Source of the DNA: an uncultured Candidatus Saccharibacteria bacterium | GTDB lineage: Bacteria; Patescibacteriota; Minisyncoccia; Minisyncoccales; GWA2-38-27 | NCBI GenBank assembly: GCA_964391095.1 | Contig: CAYMJA010000004.1 | Coordinates: 1 to 56,714 of the forward strand | Direction: 5' to 3' | DNA length: 56,714 nucleotides | Shown: positions 41,733 to 50,946 of the stretch, piece after piece | Layout of the letters: each line of letters begins with the position of its first letter | Position numbering within the stretch: position 1 is the first letter of the stretch | Made by a program: the position numbers and the translations under genes | Notes under the pieces: model-generated | Told to the model about the DNA's origin: nothing | The model's database searches: none | The model's input: only the letters and a program-made list of their open reading frames with translations

Positions 41733-43305
41733 TAATTCCCATTAAATCTAATGTCTCCTCAAGAACAATTTTTGTTGCCCTTATCAAACTCAGCCGAGCT
41801 TGGGTCAATTTTTTATCGTCTGTCAATACTCGGCACTGCTCATAAAATTTATGAAAAGCCGTCACTAATTCCAAAGCATAATTCGGCAACCTTTGGACCT
41901 GATAATCTTTGGCAGTGTCCTCTATGATTTCAGAAAATTTTATTAATTGTTTAATCAAGTTTAATTCGCTGGAATGACTAATTAACTCGAAATTTGGGAT
42001 TTGGGATTTATTTGGGATTTGGGATTTCGCAAGAATACTATGTATTCTTGCGTAGGCATATTGAACATAATAAACCGGATTTTTTTCTGATTTTTCTTTG
42101 GCTAAATCCAAATCAAAATTTAAATGGCTGCCAGGACTTCTGGTTAAAAAGAAAAATCTGGCTACATCTAAATTAACTTCATCAATTAACTCATCTAAAG
42201 TTACATAAGTGCCGGTTCTCTTGGACATCCGAACCCGACGGCCTTTTTCAAAAAGTCGAACCAGTTGCATAATAAGAAAATCTGCTTGCTCTTTCTTATA
42301 ACCTAATGCCTCGACCGCGGCTTCCATTCTCTTTACATAGCCACAATGGTCAGCTCCCCAAAAGAAAATTAAATATTTAAAACCTCGTTTAAATTTATTA
42401 TTCAAATAAGCTATATCAGAAGCGAAATAAGTTTTTTCTCCATCAGCTTTTACTAACACCCTATCTTTATCATCTCCAAATTTAGTTGCCCTGAACCAGA
42501 GAGCTCCCCTTTTTTTATAAGCGAGTTTCCTTTTTTCTAGCCAGTTTAAGATTTTGTCAACTTCTTTATTTTTATACAAACTTTTTTCTGAAAACCAGAC
42601 ATCAAATTTTATTCCCATTTTCTTAACCGCCGGCTTTATCATTTCTTTTAGAATAATCTTAGCTGCTTTCTCTCCTACCTTATCCGGATTATCGCCTTTG
42701 ATTTTTTTCCTTAAATCTTCAATATATTTTCCTTGATAAACTGCTTCTGAATCATTAATAATTGAGTGGCCTAATTTTCTAATCTGCTCTCCTCTATCAT
42801 TAATATAATATTCTCGTTCTACTTCAAAAGCTGCTTTCTCTAAAACATTCGACAGAACATCCCCGCAAAACCCCCCCCTGCCGTTTCCTAAAGTTAAAGG
42901 GCCTGTTGGGTTTGCTGAAATAAACTCAACCTGAACTTTCTGCCTCTTCCCAGTTTTTAAAGTGCCAAATTTATCTTTTTCTTCTAAAATTTCTCCCACT
43001 TGTTTTTGCAAGTACTTTTCAGAAATAAAAAAATTAATAAAACCCGGTTTTACTACCTCAATTTCTTTAAACAATTCATCGCCTTTTGTCTTTAATTCTT
43101 CACTTAATAGATTAGCTACTTCTATTGAATTTTTTCCGAGCTGTTTGGCAATTATCATCGCAATATTTGTTGCATAATCGCCGTGAATCTTGTCTTTTGG
43201 GTACTCAACTAAAATTTCCGGAACTTTAAATTTCGGTAATTTTTTCCTCTTCTGAAGAACTTTAATTGAATTCTCTACTAATTTTACTATTTCTGCTCTC
43301 AACAT
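41713..43305 (-). CDS. argS: arginine--tRNA ligase
   Basis: SANPTGPLTLGNGRG, the MSKRTG-type loop and a DALR domain with YVQYAYARIHSIL. Confidence 0.95.
   Translation of the reverse strand: MLRAEIVKLVENSIKVLQKRKKLPKFKVPEILVEYPKDKIHGDYATNIAMIIAKQLGKNSIEVANLLSEELKTKGDELFKEIEVVKPGFINFFISEKYLQKQVGEILEEKDKFGTLKTGKRQKVQVEFISANPTGPLTLGNGRGGFCGDVLSNVLEKAAFEVEREYYINDRGEQIRKLGHSIINDSEAVYQGKYIEDLRKKIKGDNPDKVGEKAAKIILKEMIKPAVKKMGIKFDVWFSEKSLYKNKEVDKILNWLEKRKLAYKKRGALWFRATKFGDDKDRVLVKADGEKTYFASDIAYLNNKFKRGFKYLIFFWGADHCGYVKRMEAAVEALGYKKEQADFLIMQLVRLFEKGRRVRMSKRTGTYVTLDELIDEVNLDVARFFFLTRSPGSHLNFDLDLAKEKSEKNPVYYVQYAYARIHSILAKSQIPNKSQIPNFELISHSSELNLIKQLIKFSEIIEDTAKDYQVQRLPNYALELVTAFHKFYEQCRVLTDDKKLTQARLSLIRATKIVLEETLDLMGISAPSKM
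41992..42027 (-). repeat. in-frame tandem 18-nt duplication built from AAATCCC heptamers, inside argS
   Basis: ATTTGGGATTTGGGATTT occurs twice in tandem. Encodes KSQIPNKSQIPN. Confidence 0.9.
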
Positions 43306-43350
43306 TATTTCCAGTTTACCTTATAATACCGAGCAGAGCAAGGATTATAT

Positions 43351-43385
43351 GGTTCTGGCGAGCGAATGCGAGACATGGTTCATAT
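43351..43385. repeat. GGTTCT-bracketed mini-element, copy 3
   Basis: GGTTCTGGCGAGCGAATGCGAGACATGGTTCATAT, lying between the divergent argS and smpB genes. Confidence 0.55.
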
Positions 43386-43404
43386 TTTCTGCTAAAATGA
43401 AAGA

Positions 43405-43854
43405 ATGAAAATCTTAGCGGAGAATAAAAAGGCCTATTTTACTTATCAAATCCTGGAAAAGTTTGAGGCAGGGATGATTTTGATTGGCCAGGAAGTAAAA
43501 TCAATAAAATCAGGAAAAATGAGTTTAAAGGGTTCTTATGTGGTTTTAAGGGGAGAAGAGCCGTACTTAATCGGGGCTAATATCCCTCCCTACCAGCCAA
43601 AAAACGCGCCTTCGGACTATGACCCGGAAAAATCCAGAAAACTTCTTTTAAAAAAATCAGAAATCAAACATTTAATCGGGAAAACAAAGGAAAAGGGATT
43701 GACCTTAGTACCCTTGAAAATTTATACGAGAGGTGCTAAAATAAAGCTTGAATTTGGAATTGCTAAAGGAAGAAAAAAATTTGATAAAAGAGAGTTAATT
43801 AAAAAAAGAGAGGCCAAAAGAGAAATAAAAAGAGAATTAAAATCGCGGGGATGA
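43405..43854 (+). CDS. smpB: SsrA-binding protein
   Basis: NKKAYFTYQILEKFEAG, GQEVKSIK and a basic C-terminal tail. Followed by the tmRNA gene. Confidence 0.95.
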   Translation: MKILAENKKAYFTYQILEKFEAGMILIGQEVKSIKSGKMSLKGSYVVLRGEEPYLIGANIPPYQPKNAPSDYDPEKSRKLLLKKSEIKHLIGKTKEKGLTLVPLKIYTRGAKIKLEFGIAKGRKKFDKRELIKKREAKREIKRELKSRG

Positions 43855-44192
43855 ATAGTTTCGACAGAAGATTTTACTAAAATAGCGCAAACCGAGCATT
43901 CTCAAACCTCGTTAAACCTTGAGAAACAATAAGTGCCAACTTATTTCAAAAACCTGCGTTAGCATACGCTTAACGCCATCCGATTCGCCAATTCTCGATA
44001 AGCGAAGAGGGTGTTATAATATCGAGATAGATAATTATTTCTTACCTCAAAAACAATTATTGAACCAATAGAGGTTGAGATATTAAGATTTTTGTCTGTT
44101 TTCCACTTAGTATCTCAAAAACAAAAACGGACTAAGTTTGTAGAACTGTTTTAGTAAAACTTCTGGATCCGAGTTCAACCTCGGCATCTCCA
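43847..44192 (+). ncRNA. ssrA: tmRNA (SsrA)
   Basis: 5' GGGGATGAATAGTTTCGAC and 3' GGATCCGAGTTCAACCTCGGCATCTCCA. Acceptor GGGGATG/CATCTCC with a G3:U wobble. Tag frame 43935-43973 reads ANLFQKPALAYA-stop. CCA is not encoded. Confidence 0.85.
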
Positions 44193-44212
44193 CAACTATA
44201 TCTATAGAAAAA

Positions 44213-44734
44213 ATAACTAAAAATAATCTGCGGAAAAAAATCCCTATAAATCATCAAATAAAAGCCAAAGAGATAAGAGTAATTGACGAGACCGAAAAAC
44301 AATTAGGCGTTATGCCCTTGATAGAAGCGCTCCGAATGTCTCGGGAACGTAATTTAGATTTAATGCAAGTCACGGAAAAAGCTACTCCTCCTGTTTGTAA
44401 AATTGGAGATTATGGAAAATATCTTTATCAACAAAAAAAGAAAGAAAAATTAAGTAAACCTTCGGGGGGCGAACTTAAAGGAATAAGATTAACTTTCAGA
44501 ATTTCTGAACATGATTTAGAAACAAGGGCTTGTCAGGCAGAAAAATTTTTAAAAAAAGGAAAAAAAATAAGAATAGAAATGAAATTAAGGGGTAGAGAAA
44601 GAGCCCTTCAAGAATTTGCTAAAGGAAAAATAGAAAAATTTCTTGAAACCTTAGAAAAATTAGTTCCAATAAAAATTGAAAGGGGGCTGCAAAGAAAACC
44701 AAGAGGATTAACAGTGATTGTTTCCAAAAAATGA
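44213..44734 (+). CDS. infC: translation initiation factor IF-3 (non-AUG start)
   Basis: The conserved N-terminal INHQIKAKEIRVIDETEKQLGV lies upstream of the first ATG (44312) in the same frame. Candidate ATA/ATC starts are at 44198, 44204, 44213 and 44240. Confidence 0.85.
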   Translation: MTKNNLRKKIPINHQIKAKEIRVIDETEKQLGVMPLIEALRMSRERNLDLMQVTEKATPPVCKIGDYGKYLYQQKKKEKLSKPSGGELKGIRLTFRISEHDLETRACQAEKFLKKGKKIRIEMKLRGRERALQEFAKGKIEKFLETLEKLVPIKIERGLQRKPRGLTVIVSKK

Positions 44735-44746
44735 TATGTTAGTTAT

Positions 44747-44929
44747 ATGAAAACAAGAAAATCTATAAAAAAACGTTTTAAAATTACCAAAACCGGCAAG
44801 GTTCTGAGAAGAGCAATTGGTCAGGACCATTACCGGGCAAAAAAATCAGGAAAGAAAAAAAGAGAAACCCGAAAATGGGTTTTGGTTGCCAGGGTTGATG
44901 CCAAAAAAATAAAAAAACTGCTTAAATAA
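44747..44929 (+). CDS. rpmI: 50S ribosomal protein L35
   Basis: 60-aa basic ORF (KTRKSIKKRFKITKTGKVLRR) in the infC-rpmI-rplT arrangement. Confidence 0.9.
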   Translation: MKTRKSIKKRFKITKTGKVLRRAIGQDHYRAKKSGKKKRETRKWVLVARVDAKKIKKLLK

Positions 44930-44933
44930 TAAC

Positions 44934-45281
44934 ATGGTTCGTGTTAAAAGGGGAAAAACCGCTCACAAAAGAAGAAAGCATCTTCTAAAATATGCCAAAG
45001 GTTTTCGATGGGGAAGAAAATCAAAATATAAATCAGCGAAACAAGCTCTTATGAAGGCGTGGAGTTATAGTTATCGCGACCGAAGAACTAAAAAGAGAGA
45101 AGCTAGAAAACTGTGGCAAATTCAGATTAACGCCGCCAGTCGAGAATTAGATTTGCCCTACAGTCGTCTTATTCATCGATTAAAAGAAAATAAGATTGGC
45201 CTTGACCGCAAAATTTTAGCCCAATTAGCAAGAGAAAAACCAGAAATTTTTAAGAAAATAGTAGAAAGGGTAACAAAATAA
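44934..45281 (+). CDS. rplT: 50S ribosomal protein L20
   Basis: MVRVKRGKTAHKRRKHLLKYAKGFRG-type N-terminus. Confidence 0.95.
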   Translation: MVRVKRGKTAHKRRKHLLKYAKGFRWGRKSKYKSAKQALMKAWSYSYRDRRTKKREARKLWQIQINAASRELDLPYSRLIHRLKENKIGLDRKILAQLAREKPEIFKKIVERVTK

Positions 45282-45285
45282 GGGT

Positions 45286-45324
45286 AAAAAAAAGAAAGCC
45301 GCTTCTAATAGAAGTGGCTTTTTA
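45286..45324. terminator. bidirectional intrinsic terminator between rplT and the purF-like gene
   Basis: AGCCGCTTC-TAATA-GAAGTGGCT, flanked by an A-run upstream and a T-run downstream. Confidence 0.8.
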
Positions 45325-45334
45325 ATTCCAACAT

Positions 45335-46684
45335 TCAAGAAGTTGGTAAGCTGCAATCCATACAGAGTTTCTCTCTTGGGATTCCAATGGCTTCAGCCAA
45401 ATCCTTAATTGTATTATATTCCAAGCTATCAATTCCTAAAAACTCAATTCTCTTTTCTTTTAAGGGTATCCGAGAAACTAAGGTTTCTCCTTTTTTTGTT
45501 GTTTGACCCCAGGGACAATGAGAAAAGAGTTCAGGATTAGAAATTCTAAAATGAATTTCTTTAATCCCTAACTCTCTAAGTTTAGGCGCTAAATTTGTTT
45601 GAGTTTGAGTTCCTCTGACAATCGAATCGTCATTGATAACTACTGTTTTATCCTCATATCTCTCTCCGCTTCCTAAAAGCTTAATCCGAGCTTCCAAATC
45701 TCTTTCTTCTTGAGTCTGAGGGGTAAAACTCCTTCCAACATAGGGAAATTTAAGCAAGACCTCGTCGTAAAAAGGAATCTTTTTTATCTTGCCTTCATTT
45801 ATCTGCCGACAAAATTCCTGAAAATAACCAATGGCATGAAATCTGCCAGAATCAGGAACCGGAGCCACTATATCTGGACAAAAACCTCTTTCAATGTCTC
45901 GGCGAGCCAAAGCTGCTCCCAATCTCTTTCTAACTAAAGAAACAGGAATTCTTTCAAATATCCCACTTGGGAAAGCAGTGTAAACCCAGATAAAACTGCA
46001 AAACTGTATTCTATCAAGCAACATTTTCTCTTTAGTTCCAAATTTTCCGTTTTTCATTAAAATAATCTCTCCTGGTTCAAGGTCTCGGACGATTTCAAAA
46101 CCGAGATTGGAAAAACCTGCTGGATCAGAAGCAACTGCTATTACTCCTTCTTTTTCTCCAATAACTAAGGGCCAGTGAGCAGTTGGGCAACGAGCAGCAT
46201 AAATCCCCTCTTTAGCAAGAATCAAGAGAGAATAAGCTCCTCTGGTTTCCTTAGTCATTCTTTTGATACCATCAGTTATGTCTTCTCCTTGAGCTATAAG
46301 TTTAGTAATTACTTCTATATTATCTCCTTTTTCAAAGGTATGACCAAAGTTTTTAAATCGTTCCACTAACTCCGACAAGTTTATAATGTTGCCGGAAAAG
46401 CAGCTGCTAAACTTACCCAGTTTTGAATCTTGCAGAAATGGTTCTCGGGTCAAACCGCAATAACCAATTCCTTCAGAACCTTCCAAATTCTCTAAATCGT
46501 CTTTGAAGCCAGTTCTAAAAAGTCCTTGGTGAGTCCGGATTTTAATTTTATCTTTCTCGCAAGTTGACAATCCGCCATATGCCTCATTTAAATGCTGTTG
46601 ATAAAAAGTTCCCAGGGATAAATCTTCCAAAAAATTACCTCTGTAGGTTTTTTTGTCAATGCTCATTCCGAAAAGTCCAGCCAT
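45335..46684 (-). CDS. amidophosphoribosyltransferase (PurF)-like protein lacking the N-terminal catalytic Cys
   Basis: PRPP-binding loop VVINDDSIVRGTQT. N-terminus is MAGLFGM where PurF has MCGI.G. The ATG at 46684 sits 8 nt after AAGGAGG; the track's start at 46693 is a GTG inside the SD. Confidence 0.75.
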   Translation of the reverse strand: MAGLFGMSIDKKTYRGNFLEDLSLGTFYQQHLNEAYGGLSTCEKDKIKIRTHQGLFRTGFKDDLENLEGSEGIGYCGLTREPFLQDSKLGKFSSCFSGNIINLSELVERFKNFGHTFEKGDNIEVITKLIAQGEDITDGIKRMTKETRGAYSLLILAKEGIYAARCPTAHWPLVIGEKEGVIAVASDPAGFSNLGFEIVRDLEPGEIILMKNGKFGTKEKMLLDRIQFCSFIWVYTAFPSGIFERIPVSLVRKRLGAALARRDIERGFCPDIVAPVPDSGRFHAIGYFQEFCRQINEGKIKKIPFYDEVLLKFPYVGRSFTPQTQEERDLEARIKLLGSGERYEDKTVVINDDSIVRGTQTQTNLAPKLRELGIKEIHFRISNPELFSHCPWGQTTKKGETLVSRIPLKEKRIEFLGIDSLEYNTIKDLAEAIGIPREKLCMDCSLPTS

Positions 46685-46727
46685 TTTGTCCACCTCCTTT
46701 TATTAAGTTGTTAAGTTGCAAAATTCT

Positions 46728-46997
46728 CTACCTTTTGGTTACTACATTTTCCTCTAAAAGTAAAGACATTTTCTTTTTTACTCCTTTGTTATATCCACCA
46801 ATTTTCCCATTACTCCTTATAACTCTATGACAGGGAATTTTAGGATTTTTGTTTTTATTTAAAACATTTCCTACTGCCCGCCAGGCCCAAGGAAAACCCG
46901 CTTCTTCAGCAACTTTTTTATAGGTTAAAAAACTCCCCTTAGGGATTTTTTGAACAACTTCAAAAACTTTTCGCTGGAATCCTGTTAAATGTTTCAT
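46728..46997 (-). CDS. ogt: methylated-DNA--protein-cysteine methyltransferase domain protein
   Basis: Active-site IPCHRVI; 89 aa, C-terminal domain only. Confidence 0.85.
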   Translation of the reverse strand: MKHLTGFQRKVFEVVQKIPKGSFLTYKKVAEEAGFPWAWRAVGNVLNKNKNPKIPCHRVIRSNGKIGGYNKGVKKKMSLLLEENVVTKR

Positions 46998-47479
46998 ATT
47001 GCGTATTTCACAAGAAAATCGTTGGCTTTTTCCAAAATTTCTTTTGCTTTTTTGAAAGTCAGTTGTTCAAGAGCTCGTTCATAAGGCAACCATTTATAAC
47101 CAATATGTTCAAAAGAGATTTTCACTTCTTTAGTTTTTGTTTCTGCTAAATAAAAAGTAACTATTTTAAAAACCCACGATACTTTCTCCTTTTCTTCTTT
47201 TTTTAAACCATAAATATTCCGGAAAAAATATTTCATCCACTCTTTAAAGCCTTTTATCATTTTAATATCTTCAATTCCGGTCTCCTCTTTGACTTCCCGC
47301 TTTACTGTTTCTTCTTCGCTCTCGCCTTTTTCAATATGCCCTTTGGGAAAATCCCAATGCCCTGCTTCGTAATGTAAGAGCAGATAATAAATTTTACTAT
47401 TCTTGCCCTGTACCGAACTTGTTCTGGTGCAGGGTTCTTTCCTAAAAATTACAGCACCGGCTGATTGTTCTAGTGGCAT
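46994..47479 (-). CDS. NUDIX hydrolase
   Basis: Nudix box GHIEKGESEEETVKREVKEETGI. Carries an in-frame palindromic insert at 47406-47434. Confidence 0.8.
   Translation of the reverse strand: MPLEQSAGAVIFRKEPCTRTSSVQGKNSKIYYLLLHYEAGHWDFPKGHIEKGESEEETVKREVKEETGIEDIKMIKGFKEWMKYFFRNIYGLKKEEKEKVSWVFKIVTFYLAETKTKEVKISFEHIGYKWLPYERALEQLTFKKAKEILEKANDFLVKYAI
47406..47434 (-). repeat. in-frame GC-rich palindromic insert in the Nudix gene
   Basis: CCCTGTACC-GAACTTGTTCT-GGTGCAGGG followed by GGTTCT. Encodes (KE)PCTRTSSVQG. Confidence 0.6.
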
Positions 47480-47482
47480 ATT

Positions 47483-49207
47483 TCATTTGAAAAACTCCAA
47501 AAGCTTCTGAGAGGGATAAGTATTAATAATATCTTTTTTCTCTGCCCAGCCGCGCCGGGCTTGAAAAACGCCAAATTTCATATATCTCAATTGGTCTTTA
47601 TGGTGACTGTCGGTATTAATAACCAACTTTACTCCCGCTTCAATAGCTTTTTTTATATTAATATCGTTTAAATCTAATCTTTCGGGAAAAGAATTTATTT
47701 CTAAAATCGTATTGGTTTCTTTTGCCATCCTTAAAATTTTTTCTATATCTATTTGGTATTCATCTCTTTTTTTGAGAATTCTTCCGGTCGGATGAGAGAT
47801 AATTTTAATATAGGGATTTTTCATTGCTCGAATTATTCTTTCGGTCATCTTTTCTTTTGGTATTTTGAAACTTGAGTGAATTCCAGCAACAGCATAATCT
47901 AATTTTTTCAATGCTTCGTCTTTGATATCAATCAAGCCGTCGTTTAAGATGTTTGTTTCTGCTCCTTGAAGAATTCTAAACTTTATATTTTGTATTTTAT
48001 ATTTCCTGTTTAGCGCATCAATTTCTTTTCTTTGCTGAGCTAATTGTTTCTCATTTAATCCGTGTTCAATCCTTAAAAATTTTGTATGATCAGTAATTCC
48101 TAAATATTCATATCCTCTGGCCATAGCCGCTTGTGCCATTTCCTCAATTGAATTTTGTCCTCCATCCCATCTTGAATGACAATGCAGGTCTCCTTTGATA
48201 TCTTTTAATTCTACTAATTTTGGCAATTTTCTTTTTAGAGCGGCCTCTATTTCTCCTTGATTCTCTCTTATTTCTGGCGGAATCCACTGAAGACCGAGAA
48301 CTTTATAAACACTTTCTTCGCTTTTGCCGGCAATCATTTTCTTACCTCGAAAAACTCCATATTCATTAAGTTTTAAACCCTTTTCTATGGCAATTCTTCT
48401 GACAGCAATATTATGCTCTTTTGAGCCAATAAAATACTGTAAAGCAGAACCATAATTTTTTTCAGGAACTACCCTGAGGTCTATATCAAAACCATCTTTC
48501 GTCCTTACCGAGGACTTTGTGAAACCCTTGCCCCAAATTTTAACAACTTCTGGTTGAGAAACAAAAAAATCCATTACTTTTTCTGGACTTTTTGAAATTA
48601 CTAAAATATCAACATCGCCAATTGTTTCTTTTCTTCTTCTAACTGAACCGGCGACTGAGATTTTCTGAACTTCTTTTAAATTTTTAAGTTTTTCTTCAAT
48701 TTCTTTAACTTGAGGCAAAATATCTCCTAAAAGAAATCTTCCCTTACTTAGTTTTAAAAAAGCAATTCCTTCCAAAATATTTTTCTCTGTCTTCATTCCA
48801 AAGCCTTCTAAATCTCTAATTTTTCCGGCTTGAGCTGCTTTTTCCAAATCTTTTAAGTTTTTTACTTTGAGTTTTTGAAAAAGAACTCTTGCCCTTTTAG
48901 GCCCCATTCCTTCAACTCCTGTTATTTCCTCTAAATTTAGGGGGAGTTGCTTTTTAAATTTTTCGTAATATTTAATTTTCCCTGTTTTCAAATATTCTTC
49001 AATTTTTTGGGCAATACTTTTTCCAACAGCAGGAATTTCTTCAAGGGCTTTAATCCCTCCTTTTTGATAAATCTCTTGAACATTTTCTTCTAAGGTTTCT
49101 AAAGCAAAAGCCGCTTTTTGGTAAGCATAGGGTTTAAAAGCAACTTCCTTCATTCTAAGATAATTTGCTATCTCATGAAAAATCTTAGCTAATTCCTGAT
49201 TAGTCAT
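47483..49207 (-). CDS. polX: family X DNA polymerase with C-terminal PHP domain
   Basis: HhH motifs, the nucleotidyltransferase GSVRRRKETIGDVDIL and PHP DLHCHSRWDGG. Confidence 0.9.
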   Translation of the reverse strand: MTNQELAKIFHEIANYLRMKEVAFKPYAYQKAAFALETLEENVQEIYQKGGIKALEEIPAVGKSIAQKIEEYLKTGKIKYYEKFKKQLPLNLEEITGVEGMGPKRARVLFQKLKVKNLKDLEKAAQAGKIRDLEGFGMKTEKNILEGIAFLKLSKGRFLLGDILPQVKEIEEKLKNLKEVQKISVAGSVRRRKETIGDVDILVISKSPEKVMDFFVSQPEVVKIWGKGFTKSSVRTKDGFDIDLRVVPEKNYGSALQYFIGSKEHNIAVRRIAIEKGLKLNEYGVFRGKKMIAGKSEESVYKVLGLQWIPPEIRENQGEIEAALKRKLPKLVELKDIKGDLHCHSRWDGGQNSIEEMAQAAMARGYEYLGITDHTKFLRIEHGLNEKQLAQQRKEIDALNRKYKIQNIKFRILQGAETNILNDGLIDIKDEALKKLDYAVAGIHSSFKIPKEKMTERIIRAMKNPYIKIISHPTGRILKKRDEYQIDIEKILRMAKETNTILEINSFPERLDLNDINIKKAIEAGVKLVINTDSHHKDQLRYMKFGVFQARRGWAEKKDIINTYPSQKLLEFFK

Positions 49208-49212
49208 AATCT

Positions 49213-49848
49213 TTAAGATTTTCTAAAGGGAAAATAGCGAAGGAAAATATGGTCTCTGGGAAGAATATGCTTATGAACCAATAAAAGAAGAAAAGATGAA
49301 ACTATAGTAAAAGATCCCACTAAAATAAGAACTGTTTTGAAACCCCAGAGAGCGGCTATAATTCCTCCGAGACCGGCAGTAATTCCCGCTCCTAAACCCG
49401 CGCAAGTGCTGTCCATGCCCCACTCAAAAGCCACTCTTTTTTTATCAATATGCCTTGTAAAAATAGCATTCCAGGAAGGAACAAATAATGCCATACCCAA
49501 AGCATGTAATGCTTGAAAAGCATAAATATGCCAAGGCAAAGAAGAAATCAAAAATCCAAAAGGAGACAAGCCAGTGAGAAATAATCCTAAAACCATAAAC
49601 CAAAAATCATCTTTCTCCCCATGAATATGGTCTAAATATTTACTAATTGGAATTTGAGAAAAGGACTTTACAATCCAGTAAACAAGAGCAGCAAAACCGG
49701 CTACCTCTACTCCTTTTACAAGGTCTCCGGCAACAATGTCTTTTAGGATAAATATAGCGAAAACAGGACTAAGAAAACCCCAAGCAGAACTTAGAAAAAA
49801 ATCGCTGGCTATTAGAAATTTTACAACCCTATTAATTGATTTAAACAT
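49213..49848 (-). CDS. hypothetical six-TM membrane protein (MFS-half-like)
   Basis: Hydrophobicity pattern only. Confidence 0.5.
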   Translation of the reverse strand: MFKSINRVVKFLIASDFFLSSAWGFLSPVFAIFILKDIVAGDLVKGVEVAGFAALVYWIVKSFSQIPISKYLDHIHGEKDDFWFMVLGLFLTGLSPFGFLISSLPWHIYAFQALHALGMALFVPSWNAIFTRHIDKKRVAFEWGMDSTCAGLGAGITAGLGGIIAALWGFKTVLILVGSFTIVSSFLLLLVHKHILPRDHIFLRYFPFRKS

Positions 49849-49944
49849 ATAGATGGTTTGCTTTTTTTATTTTACCAAAGTTTTAATCTCAACTCAAATT
49901 TGAAGACCCACTGCACAATGTCCCACTGGTATTGCACAGTGGGT

Positions 49945-50937
49945 TTAGAATCTGTCGACTATATTTTTCGTTAAAAATTTTATTCCTAATTTCATCAACA
50001 TTGTAAGACCAAATAAGGCAACTAACACTTCTGCTCCTCTTAAAATAAAACTAAAAGTAATTCCTCCAGCCGCTCCTAATCCTAAAGAACCAAAAGCAAA
50101 GGCCAGAGCTATTTCCGAACTTCCTACTTTAGCCGGAAAAGGCAAAATATAAGATAGATAAATAAAAAATAATACTGCCAAAGCAGTCAAAATATTCATT
50201 TTCCCAATTAAAAAGAGAAGTAAGAACCAACAGCGAGCTAAAATTAAAAAATTTGCTGAAAAAGAAAGACCCAGTCCTTTCCACATTAAATTTTTTCTGA
50301 AATCAAAAAAATGAAAAATCTTTTTTTCAAAATCTTCAACTGCATAGCTATCTTTTCTTCCATTTATTCCCAAAAATTTGGGCAGCCACCTTAGAATACT
50401 TTCTTTTTTAAAAATTTTAAAATAAAAAACAGCTAACGCCATGGTTAAAATTCCTATAAAAATCACAATAGCTATTTCGAGATTTCCCAGGGAACGCCCA
50501 GTTAAAAAAAGAAAAGAAGTTGCTCCAAAAATTAAAAACAACGAAAGAACACTTATACTAAGCAACTTCTCAATGGTATTTAGAGTAAGATTTTCTTCCC
50601 AATTTAGAGAAAACTTTTTCTTAATAGCATAAATTTTAAACGCCTCTCCCCCAAAAAAACTGGTGGGAAATAAATAACTAACAGCAAAACTGGCAAACAG
50701 AATTTCTCCCAAATTAAAAACAGAGAAATTATATCCCTGAGATTTAGAAATAAATTTCCATTTCCAAATTTCAACTAACCAAATCAGCAATGTTATTCCT
50801 ATAATCACCAGCCCTTTATAGCCAGAAAAGGTAAAAAGAATTTCTTTTATCTCTTTCCATCCTACCCATTTAATAATCCATAAAAAAAGTCCGAGTCCAA
50901 TTAAAAAAGAAAATAAAAAAACTAAAATTTTTCTCAT
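49945..50937 (-). CDS. polytopic membrane protein, UPF0104/lysyl-PG-synthase TM-domain-like
   Basis: About eight TM helices, basic loops and a Gly-rich C-terminal helix. The family call is tentative. Confidence 0.5.
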   Translation of the reverse strand: MRKILVFLFSFLIGLGLFLWIIKWVGWKEIKEILFTFSGYKGLVIIGITLLIWLVEIWKWKFISKSQGYNFSVFNLGEILFASFAVSYLFPTSFFGGEAFKIYAIKKKFSLNWEENLTLNTIEKLLSISVLSLFLIFGATSFLFLTGRSLGNLEIAIVIFIGILTMALAVFYFKIFKKESILRWLPKFLGINGRKDSYAVEDFEKKIFHFFDFRKNLMWKGLGLSFSANFLILARCWFLLLFLIGKMNILTALAVLFFIYLSYILPFPAKVGSSEIALAFAFGSLGLGAAGGITFSFILRGAEVLVALFGLTMLMKLGIKFLTKNIVDRF

Positions 50938-50946
50938 AATTCAAGT

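Noticed and set aside
43852-43854. Alternative genetic code with UGA recoded, as in some candidate phyla.
   Set aside because: TGA closes well-defined conserved ORFs (smpB, folD, the Gfo oxidoreductase and the M16 peptidase) at the expected protein ends. The standard bacterial code fits.
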